From Monocercomonoides exilis PA203 (taxonomy: Eukaryota > Protista > Preaxostyla), in contig LSRY02000067.1 in assembly GCA_001643675.2 (NCBI GenBank), positions 62,001 through 126,000 of the forward strand: 64,000 nt of DNA, given 5' to 3'. Position 1 is the stretch's first letter, and every line of letters starts with the position of its first letter. The position numbers were made by a program, and so were the translations under genes. Below are positions 1 through 11,059 of this stretch, piece by piece. A model generated the notes under the pieces. The model worked only from the letters and a program-made list of their open reading frames with translations. It made no database searches and had not been told where the DNA came from.

Positions 1-16
1 CAATGTGTCACATTAT

Positions 17-1240
17 TCATCCCCAGTCATATTTTTTAACTGCTTTTGTATGTTCCTTTGGGTTTTGAGGGCATTGGAATGCTTTGTTGTGTATGCCTTT
101 CCCCAATCCCTTATAATCTGTTTCTTCTTCTTCTTCCTCCTCCAAATCAATCGAACTACCCTCTCTCCTTGATTCCTCATTTGTTACCAAACCATTCGCA
201 GACATTTCCACCTGTTCCTCATCTTTCCCCACATTTTCTTCTCTTCCATCTGAAGTCATGCCCAAAGATCCATCTGCTGCTTCTTCTTCTTCTGCTCTTG
301 AAATCTCCTGTTGGATGCCGTAGGCCGACGGAGTGCTGCACACTTCATATTTCACTGAATGCTGCTTGCTTACACCCACCTCAGCCTCTGCCTTCACAAA
401 CCTCAGCCCACTCAGCCCAAGTGCCTCCACAACCAGCGGCGCCATCGCCTCTTCCAGCTTCCCCTGGTTCTCTTTGATTCTATCCACAAACTCTCTGTGA
501 GCTGTTGGATACCCGCTTTTCTCCTCATTCCCATCAACTCCCTTTCTCCATCCCTTTTCTTCTCCCTCTTTGTCTCCCTCTTTGCCTCTCCTTTCTCCTT
601 CCTCTGCCTCTTCTCGCTCCTACAGCACCGCCAGCGCAATCGCTGCTGGTGACAGAACCACATCCTCCATCCTCAGCCCCGCAGCATCCAACCCTTTCTC
701 CACAATCTCTCCCACTTCACACACTGAAACCCCTCGCCCCATCACTTCATCACTTCCTCGTCCAGCTTCACCACCACACGCCTCGACTGTTGCGATCGCC
801 ATATTTGCAGCGACGAGTCAAACAGATCGTAGATCGACGGGAACGCATTCATACAGCCGACACAAAATTCTGCTTTCCTTCTGGCTTCGTGCCAACTTAC
901 ACTGCAAGCGACCGAAGCTGCGCCACCAGCGAAACCAAAAGCATCGCCGAAAGCGCCACATCGTGTGCGCACATAACACATTTCCATGCAGCACAACACA
1001 CCGTACCACAACATATTCCCGTTGTGCCTGCTGCTCCCGCGGCGACAGCAGCAGCTGCAGCGACAGAGGAATGTGCTGCCCATACACTCCAGCCGCCTCT
1101 GGCACCACAATCCGCAGCCGCCTCTCGATGTCATCCATCACTCCTGCAGACGTGTATGATGCCGCCACCGCGGAGGTTTTCAAACTGTCAACTGCAAGTG
1201 CTGAAATGATGTTGATAAGAATTATGGCTTTTCACCTTTT
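17..1240 (-). pseudogene. Degenerate coding fragment, product unknown
   Basis: GC-richer than its flanks. Minus-strand ORFs 818..1183, 620..802 and 17..487 share one frame, separated by TGA (818-820) and TAG (620-622). Hydrophobic start (IILINIISALAV) and acidic end. No recognisable motif. Confidence 0.25.
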
Positions 1241-1588
1241 CCCTTCTTCTTCTCTTTGCTTCCTCATATCTTTAATGGAGAACCAGATTGGCATGCTTCT
1301 TCAGATTGTGTTGAATGTTGAAGAAGAAGGAATGGAAGGAACGGATGAAGGATGAATTGTGTACGTTGGAGTTGAAATAGAAAGAGAAGGAGAAAGGAGA
1401 AAGGAAGAAGCAGCACTAGTGCCACATGGAAGAGAGGAAGAAAAAGGAAAAATGGAAGTAAAAGATGAAAAATAAGAGATAGAAAAGAAGGAAAAGGAGA
1501 AAGATAGAAAGAAGAAGAGCAGGAGTGAATGAATGAGATGAAAAATCTTCATTTGGGGAAGAGAAATAAAAGATATCAAAAAGCAGGA

Positions 1589-1766
<178 letters not shown>

Positions 1767-2709
1767 GATTCTGATTTAAACAGATGTGTTGACACATTAG
1801 CTTTCTTATTCACACTTCAAGGAATTTTCCATTTTGTAATGAACAAACTTTGAAGATAACCTGAATAAATCAATGTCAAAACAAATATTGAGAATATTTC
1901 AATCTTCAAAAGAAGAACTTTTCTATTTGAACACACTTCAAAAAAGGTTTTGAAAAAAGATTTATATATTGAGATTTTTCTTTGATATGGATTTTGAAAA
2001 AATCAATTTTAACGAAGAATTGAAATAAATTTCCGAAATCAAAGAACTTTCCTAAAAAAATAGTGGAAAATAGTTAATTTTCTATAAAAATCTGTAAAAT
2101 TGCGAAATAATGAAAACTCAGAGAACACTCAAAAATTTGTTTGCACGATCGTAAAATATTTCCGTCATTCACATAAATGCACAGCATGTTGCATTTTTTA
2201 TTGTTTTTGTCAAGTGTTCATATCAATTCGATTCTAACCCACAGAGCAATTCAAGAACAAAAATAGTTTCTGATGTTGAAAATCTTCAACACAATCATCA
2301 ACGAACTTCTTTGCTTAGCACTCAAAGTTTTTAGTAGCTTTTGTTTTTCCAATATGACAATACAGCGTATACTTCGTCTTTGAAATTGCAACTTCTATTT
2401 ATATAAAAAGCAGAAAGTTGAATAAAAAAGCAATCAAAAAAAATTATTAAAAAGAAAAAGAAATGAAAACGGAAGGGATTATAATAATGGATTGAATTTG
2501 CTTGTTTGAAGGAAAATTTTCACATGAAATTTTCCATTGTTAAAAAAAAGGAGAAATATATTCAGATTATGGAATCGATAACCTTAATCGCTTCATTTTT
2601 TCTTTGTGAACAAAAATAATTTTTTAACAATTTATCACATTGATAAATGCAGTTTTCTATTTTATCTCCTTCAAGAAAAAGCGAGAAGTGTTCCGCTGTT
2701 TGGCAATAC

Positions 2710-5700
2710 ATGGAAAAAATTTCATCCAACCAAGTGTCTGAGCTGCTGGAGTTCATGATGCTGCACACAAACAAGGGGAAAGCTATTTCAGCAAGAATTC
2801 AGAAAATGTTTAATGGTTTGTTATAATTAATTATTATTTGTTATTATCAATAATCAAACAATTCACATTATTTTATCAGATACAAACAATTTCATTTTAA
2901 TGAGAATTGCCAGCATTTATAACAACGAACAAAACATCCACACAAAAGTTGCATTGTTAAAGAGTGTGTGTCATGAATACTCTCTTTCGCATTTGCGGCA
3001 GTTTGGATTCAGCTGTTCGGCCGGCAACTACAACCACGCAAAACAGAACAGCAGCAATCTCTCCTTTGAAATTGGATCTCCACAAAAACCTCCTATTCCA
3101 CCTTCAAAAAAAAGTTTCTTTTTATTTTTTTTCAAAATAATTTTCATTTCTTTTTTTATTTATTTTTATAAATAAATGTTTAGAATTATCAAGTGAAGAT
3201 GAAGCGGTTTTTCAGAAGTTTTTATTGGAAAATTCGACTGAATCGTCTGAAAATATCTGTCGAATTTCTCATTCGAAAAATAGTCTGCTTTTTTTATTAC
3301 TATTTTTTGGAACAATTTCTAAAATTGATAAAATAAAACATTTTTTCTTTTATCAAAAAACAGAGAAAGATCATTTTGTTTCTTTTGATGACGATTTTAC
3401 TATCATCAACAGTGATTCGAATATGGAGCAGGACGATGATCCTCTGAAAAACTATTTCATTCCTGAAGAAAATTCGAGTCATGAATTTTCAGAGAGCAAT
3501 ATTTTCCCCTTTTCGAATGAAAATGACAATAACATGGAAGTTGAATACGAAGGGGCTCACTCATCATTGCAGAGTGAAGTTGGAGAACTTTTTGAACAAA
3601 CACCAATTATTTGTTTGCATGATGATGTTGAGCGTTGTCATGACAGCAATAAAGATATATTATATCTGAGAAATGAAGATATTCAAATGGATACTGACTG
3701 CTGTCATCCTTCAAGCAACCAATTTGACAATCAGATCGATAATACCATTATTGAATCAGCATCAAATTTTGATGACCATCATGTGAATCAAAATGATAAC
3801 AATAATCAATTATCAGATATTCTGAACAATTTATCACTGCATAATTATGGAAATACATGTTGCCTTGCCTCTATCATTCAAATATTTAGAGTTATTGTGA
3901 CTCATTGTGGCAAGATTCAAAAAAGAAAAGGAAAACTGTCTTCATTTCATACAAAATTGTTCTCAATTGTGTATTGCTCATCGAAAAGTTCATCACCAAC
4001 GCATTCATTTGACAATTGTTCGTGGACGGAGCCTTTTGCAAGAAATTGGGAAAAAAGGCACAGGCTTGAGCAAAGGGCTCAACAAGAATTTTATCTCACA
4101 TTTACAAATATGTTCAGTGATTTTATCTGTGTGCTGCCAGAATTAAATAACTTGATGAACATGAACATAACATTCCCAAGTATTTGCTGTTGTTGTGGTT
4201 CCAAAACAATTGGCGCTTTGGAATCAACACCGATTATAAGGCTTAATGGAAGCAACATCGTTCAATCATTCAATGAATCATTCACTATTGGATTTTCTAA
4301 TTCAAACAACAAGGAAGCATTTTGCTCAAATTGCAGACAAACAACAAATCATTTTTCAAATTTACAAATTCTTTCTTTTCCCAAATTTTTTGCCATTTCT
4401 CTGGAAAAAGAAAAAGGAACACATAGCATGAATTTTTGCATTGACGAAAACATTAGCTTTGTTAAAGAAAATGGAGAAATCAACGCCTTAAAAAAGCATG
4501 TTGAAGGAGCTCACAATTTTTCACTAATCGCATTACTTTTTCACACTGAGAAAAATGAAAATGGGCATTTCTTTTGCTTATGCAAACATCACAAATTGTT
4601 CAGTTATTCATCTTCAAATCAAAGTTTTGGTTGGATTTATTGCAACGATTCATACGTGTCACACGTTCGCAACAACATTCAAACAATCATTGATGAACAA
4701 GCAAGTTGTGGAAACGTACCAATTCTTTCTGTCTATGTTCAAGTGAACAATAATGAGCGGGACTCTGTTGAAATTCCAATTTCCCCAACACTAACGAACA
4801 ACAAATTTATTTCTCGTCAACAGAATTCATCTGAGAAAACTTTATCAACAATCTCAAATGTTTTCACTTCACAAGAGCTCCCCACTTCTTCGTTTCGACA
4901 GAATAATCAACAAAGAACATCTGTTGAATTTTTTTCCAACATTCCAAACACTTCTAACTTCACTTCACAGTATTTCAATACAAACACTTCATCAAATTCA
5001 TTCATTGAATCAGAAAAAAACTCCATTTCACATCATTCAAGATCAATAGATGATACAATACAATCATTTTCCAACTCATTATCTGTATCAAAAAATGAAA
5101 AACAACACGCAAAATCTATCATTTCCAACTCCTTATGTAAATCACCAAATAAAATAACTCATAGAAATAAGCATCCAACTTCTCATTGTCATCAAAATAA
5201 AGAATTTTGTTTTTCTCATCCGTTGAAATCTTATGATCAAGCAAGTTCGAAGCGAGAGACAACTGTGCACAAGCAACCAACCAGACTTATTTCCATGCCA
5301 AAAACAAAGCTATACGAAAAATTTAAAGAGTTGAACATAAAAATGTCTCTCAGCACATTCTACAAAAAAACGACTCACTTAAAGTGTGCCAAAAGGTGTT
5401 CTGATCTCTGTGATCTTTGTCAGAGATATGAATCGCTTCAAAAGAGGAAGGAGTATCTAATCACACAAGGTAAGCAACTTAATGCAAATGAAAATGTCAT
5501 TATGTCATTAATTGAGAATCATAAGAAAATTGCGTCCAATCAACAATCTCACTTTCGTCTTTTGAAAAATAACATATCGAAAGATGAAGCATTGCTTTTG
5601 TTCGACTCTAAAGAAAACTGGAATGTACCCATTAAGCAAAACAGTGTCAGCAAGGACTTCTACAACAAACAGGAGGTGTCTCATCTGTGCATCATTGTCT

Positions 5701-6500
5701 ATCTGAGAAATAAAGAAAATAATTTAGAAAAGCATGTTTTCAATTTTTTGTCAAACGTGATGTCACAAGATTATCGTTTTGTAATCGACTGTCTCGATAA
5801 CGTGTTGAGATTGAGTTTTCTGCAACAAAGAAAGACTTTTCATTTTATGTGTGACACTGGAACACACTTTCGAAATTCTTATCTTCTCCATTATCTCTTA
5901 TCTGATTCTTCTCGTTTTGCACGTGGAAAGCATTGCACACTTTCATTCTTTTGCGAGAAACACGGAAAGTGTGAATGCGACGGAGAATTCGGTTATTTGA
6001 CAAGGTGCATCAACGATAACATTGACGGTGAAACAGAGTTGAATAATATTGATGACTTTATTGAGTTTTTTCAGAAATATTCTCTAAATGGATTGACTCC
6101 TGAAACCAATTTGAATGAATCATCTTATTCTATTAGAAGATACTTTTTAAAGTTTGTTTTCTTTACTTGCATTAATATTATGTTCATTTTTTTTGATTAC
6201 AATTTCAGATACATTCCAAGCAATATCATACTGTGGAAGAAAATGGAAGTTCAGTCATTGAAAACGTATTTGTTTTACGAAAAACGAGGGAAGGAAATTT
6301 TTCGCTCTGTCTTTTCACCGAAAAACTCTGAAGGCGAATCAAGAATAGCATATAAGGAGTCGCGATCAAGAGACGAAAGGAAAAGAAAAAACAATGAATG
6401 TTTCAAGTCAAATCCTTCAAAGAACATAATTGGAATTCAAACACAAAATATGCTAAATAATAGAATAAATAATTGTTCAAATTTTTGTGATAACAGTTAA
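2710..6500 (+). CDS. Spliced fusion protein: peptidase C19 (USP-type deubiquitinase) domain plus Sola2-like DDD transposase
   Basis: ATG 2710. GT-AG introns 2816-2879 and 3114-3183 join the frames exactly into ORF 3225..6500. Probable stopless 3n introns at 3283-3363 and 6152-6208. USP motifs: Cys box LHNYGNTCCLASIIQ, QQEF, Zn pairs CCCC/CSNC, His box FSLIALLFH...GHF...WIYCNDSYV. Transposase motifs: LYEKF...SLSTFYK, CDLC, FDSKENW, CDTGTHFRN, FFCEKHGKCECDGEFG. Confidence 0.8.
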
Positions 6501-6542
6501 TCTTCAATCTTTGAACCTAATATTTGATTTTTCACTTTTTTG

Positions 6543-6810
6543 ATGAATCAAACTTTTGTTTTGAAAACAAAAAATATTTTTCTAACGGGAATGTTTATTG
6601 ATCAAGCTCTAATCATTATGTTTTTAACATTATTTTTGGGGTACTGCTTTTTTGCATTGATGCAAGGAAGTGGCTAGGCTGATTCCATCCTGGGATTGTG
6701 CTGTGACCGGTCCAGCACAATCCCTTGCAGGCTTTGGGGCCAGAATCAGCCTCCCAGGATAAACTTCCTGTTGGAATCATTTTTTGTTTCAAAACAAAAG
6801 TTTGATTCAT
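6543..6810. repeat. Inverted repeat (~55-bp arms) just 3' of the transposase stop
   Basis: 6543-6598 (ATGAATCAAACTTTTGTTTTGAAAACAAAAAA...AACGGGAATGTTTAT) is the imperfect reverse complement of ~6759-6810. Confidence 0.9.
6661..6769. other. GC-rich self-complementary island (candidate structured RNA or DNA element)
   Basis: Perfect 12-bp stem GGGATTGTGCTG/CAGCACAATCCC around GACCGGTC. Further complementary pairs: AGGCTGATTC(6676-85)/GAATCAGCCT(6743-52), ATCCTGGGA(6687-95)/TCCCAGGAT(6752-60), TGCAAGG(6661-67)/CCTTGCA(6723-29). Confidence 0.6.
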
Positions 6811-7009
6811 TAGTATTTTTTTAGTGAATGTCGACATTCACAAAATTTTGAGAGTTCTCATGTATTTGTATTTTTTTTTCTCATTTTTGATTTCAGCGAA
6901 TATCAAACTAATTTTTTCTTATTGTCCTGTTTTTGAAAAATTCAAATTATGCACAATCAGGCTCTTGAACAAAGAACGAAAAAGAGGAAACAATAATTAG
7001 CAGCAGTAT

Positions 7010-9199
7010 GTGAAGCCTTCACTTCCATGGACAACAATTGGGCTTGGGCTGAAGCATCTTCCAAACGATTTCTTCAGTCAGATGTTTGTCGATGAGGTAT
7101 CTGTGATTGATGAGGAAGTTGGATTAAGCACACTCACAGTGAGCGGGATGCATGAGGTGCAGAGTCGAGTGGTTGTGAAAGAGAGGATGAATTGCGGAAA
7201 AGAAATGATTGTGGAGACAAATGTACAGGTGTATATGCGACGGATTCATTTAACATTTGAAGAAGTGGAACCAACACCAAATCCACTTCCAACGGCACAT
7301 TCATCATTTATGAAGATAAGTTCGGGAAATACATCGATCAGCTTGTGTTAATTGGAGTGTGTGAGCTCGGCTGAGAAGGAAATGGTGGAAGTGCAATTCT
7401 GCCTGATATAAGTGGAAAGAGGGAAATGTGAAATCAGGAATATGAGTGTTATGTGGCTTTCATTTTTGAGAGAAGCAATGATGCAAATTGAAGGGGATTC
7501 TGAAGTGAATGTGTTAATATTCAGAAATATTGAGGCAAACAAAGACTGTATGAAGATCAGTGGAGCTGAGAATGGAAAGATAGAAAAAATGGAAGTAAGA
7601 GATGTGAAGATGGGAAAAGGATGGTTGGTTAAGGTGAATGGTGATGAAGAAGATATGAGCAACAGAGAGGAAAGTGAGCTTTCGTTTTCCGTATTATCAT
7701 CTTCATTTGAAAACGTCACTTGTGTTAATGAGAGTGCATGAATGATCGATGTTGAAATGATGGAAGGAAATGTGGAGTTTTCGAACAGTTCGTTTGGTGT
7801 GTGTTCATCAAAAAGAAAGAAAGTGAAGATGATATATCTTTTGAAGTGCAAAAATATTTTGATGAAGCAATGCTTGCTTGATGGGAAAACAAATGAAAAA
7901 AATTTGAATGAGGAATTTGATGCGTGCAAATGGAATGGATCAGTTGTTGAGATGAAGGAGAGCTCGGGGGAGATTAAGGATACGAGTTTTGTGAACTGCT
8001 CTGATGGAGGTCTTTCTATTTGGGGAGGGAGTGCGGAGATTAACGCAGGGAATTTCACTAACAACAACCCAAACATTAAAAAATATCCATCAGCCAGGAG
8101 GAATATTCTCTGCTCTGATTTGGGGATGTTGAAGGTGGCAAGTGTGAAAGGAGGAGATGGATGGAAGGATAATACTTCGCTTTGGATGTTGAATGAAGAG
8201 TGCAATTTTGAAGGGATTGTTTCTGAAAGAGATTCATCATTTTTCATTCCTGTGTTGGAGAGTGCAGAAGCAAAAAAATAGACAGACAGAATGAAGCTGA
8301 CATTCAAAGGATTGCTTCTTATTCCATGCAATCTGTCATTCTCAGTTGTGAAGAGAAAAGGAGAGGAGAAAGAGATTGAAAAATACAAGTTCGATGGAAA
8401 AGGATTTTTATCAGAAAGAGAAGTTGAAGGAAGTGTGGGAAAAGATTTGATCAGCAATTGTGGAAATGAAACAGAAGTGAGTGTTTCTGTTTTATTTGGG
8501 AATGTAGAATCTCCATCATCAACAGATTCATTCATACTGAAGAATGCAAGCGAAACAAAGATTAATGGAGATGAAAGAATTGTTGAAAGTGGAAAAGAAG
8601 GAAAATTTTCATGGGCATTAATCATGATTGCGATGTTTGCTGTGCTGTTTTTGATTGTTCTTATCATTGCTATTGCTTTTATTGTTCGATGGAGAAAGCA
8701 AAAGAGAAGAACAGAAGAATTAGAAGAGATTGTGAATGATACGGTGAAGAAAGATCCGAAGGCATTTGAGATGGTGACGATGGAGATGTCTCCAGAGGAG
8801 CAGTGGAGAAGGGCAGAGAAGAAGAATGAAGAGAAGATCAAGAAGAGAGTGTATGAAAAAAGTTTGGGACACTCGGAGTCATCAGAGCATTTGCTGAGTG
8901 AATGTGGCTCAACAGAATACATTCTTGGAAAAGACTCAGACAAAATTCCCGAATGGGTATTGGAGAAAGTTGAGGAAGAAGAGGAAGATACAAGAAAGAG
9001 ATCACTCTCATTATCAGTCTCGTCCACTTCAACCACTTTGACGATTGATTCAGATTCAACACTTGTTCGAGGGGAGGATTTGTGTTCAACAACTTCATCC
9101 AAGATGAATCATGAAGATACCATAGTGTGGTTGTCTTCTCGTGAAGAGCTGATTACAGATTTGAGGGATTCGTTGTTCATGCCACTTTTCACAAATTAA
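7010..9199 (+). pseudogene. 3' part of a type-I membrane beta-helix surface-protein family gene with in-frame stops
   Basis: Four ORFs in one frame, broken by TAA 7349, TAA 7409, TGA 7739 and TAG 8279. The juxtamembrane module (CKWNG...YPSARRNILC...GGDG...SLWM...IPCNLSF) is homologous to the 31.7-36.7 kb gene. TM helix WALIMIAMFAVLFLIVLIIAIAFIV followed by RWRKQKRR. Confidence 0.8.
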
Positions 9200-11059
9200 C
9201 CAGATAAGGGAGCAGGTGATTGATGCTCTTCAGAATATATTGCTGACAACTGTTCTAATCTTCCTTTTAAAAAATAATCAGATTCTTCTCTTTTCGAAAT
9301 GTTGACGTTCTTCAATATGTGTTATAAAAAAAAGTTGACTTAAGATTATTTTAATTTAAAAAGCAATCTGTTAAAACGGTGAATTTTCTGCATCGCCATA
9401 TGATTCTTTTGTTCATTTTATAAACAAATAATAATAATGAAGATAAATGCTTTTTTATATCTGCCTTCAATGAAAGATAATACTAACAAATGATCATTTT
9501 CTCTCTTTTAAATTAAATTTACAAAAAAGCAAAACAAATACATCATTCGAAACAAACTCAAACATTTTCATCCTTTTAGAAACTTCATTTTCATCAAATG
9601 CAAATCATGTGATTTATATTTCAATAGCTTTAACGTTTGCATTATATCTCTCAATTTCAGCTTTTTCTTTCAGTTGATTTCATCAAATTTTACTCAAATA
9701 TTTTTGATAATCAAATGAATGAAAAGGAATAGATAATGAGAAGAATAAAATTGTGAATAAACATAAATCTCAATATAATATAATTTTATTAATTATTGAT
9801 ATATAATATCACAAAATTTAAAACAGTTTTGGTTTCTGGTGATAATAATAATAAAACAAGTGAATTGATGATATGGAAAATGAGGCAATACATATAATTT
9901 CTTGAAATCATCGATATAATGAAGTTTGAAATGAGCTTCTGAATAGTAGAAACAAACATTTGAATGATGGAAAAAAGTAAATTTATATACAACGTTAAAT
10001 CTATTCTTTCGTTTTTGATACAATTAAAAATCCTATTTGCGAAAAAAAGCCAATCAAAATTTATAGTTTTATATTTTTTTGAACAAAATGAAATAATGAA
10101 TAATAAGTTCACACTTGCAAAATTGGATATTAATGAACGTATTGTATGAGAAATTTCAGCACATTATTCAAGAGATATCAAAAAAATATTCATTCTGTTT
10201 CCACCATTTCCCAAACTTTATTATGGTTTAAATGATCCATGCCAGAAAGAAATTTGGACCAACTTTCAATGAGTGATTTCAAAGAAAAGAAATAAATGCT
10301 TATATTACAAATAGATAATTTTTGTATGTTTGAGATTGTTTTATTGAAAATGTTTTCAAAAAAAAAAAATACCCCCGAAAAAATTTATGATTTCAAAAAT
10401 AATCACCCATATAAATATTTTTGATTTCATTCTTTTGCTTTCTTCAACAAAGCTTTTTATATTGATGGTAGATAAGAATGAATTGTTTAAATGTATGAAT
10501 TTGTTTTTCATTGTTTTGATCAATTTTTATTTTCTTCATCAAATTCAAAAAATTTAAGAAAATCATATCATTTGATAGATGAGAAAATATGAAGTGAGAT
10601 GGTTCAATGAATAAATGAGAGCTTTAATAATATCTCGTTTGACACAGATCAAAATAGAATATGCTGTGAATTTGACTTTTCTTAATAAATTACAGTAATA
10701 TTGTTGATTACAAAAATTAATTAACACTGTTTTAATGAAAAAATGCAAAAATCTTAATTTCAATAACCAACAAAAAAAATAGATTAAACCCATAATACTA
10801 TATTCTTGTTTTTCATTTTTTTATTTTTAAAAACTTAAAAGATATATATTTTGACAATTTTCCGAATTCATTATTTTGTTGTATTTTTCACAATATAACC
10901 TCTTTTAAAAACAATGAATAAATCAGAATGATGTTTTTAATTTTCTTTTTTAAATACAAATAACAAAATTTGAAATTGTGGCATTGAATAACATATGAAA
11001 TATCAAAATGATTTTAATAAAGTTTTCATTTGTATTCAGAAAAAGAAAACCACAAAAAT

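Larger units (their letters stand above)
2121..6859 (+). mobile_element. Sola2-like DNA transposon carrying a USP-peptidase/transposase fusion gene
   Basis: Candidate TIRs: 2121-2140 GAGAACACTCAAAAATTTGT matches the reverse complement of 6840-6859 (GAGAACTCTCAAAATTTTGT) at 18/20, with GAG...CTC termini. They enclose a gene with DDD transposase motifs. No target-site duplication found, so the ends are provisional. Confidence 0.6.

Noticed and set aside
6661-6769. Known self-cleaving ribozyme, or Fanzor/TnpB omega-RNA
   Set aside because: No hammerhead CUGANGA/GAAA core, the helix order does not fit an HDV fold by eye, and the adjacent protein has no RuvC motifs. Kept only as an unclassified structured element.
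7348-9102. 584-aa minus-strand ORF
   Set aside because: Antisense shadow of the plus-strand surface-protein pseudogene. The recognisable motifs and TM are on the plus strand.
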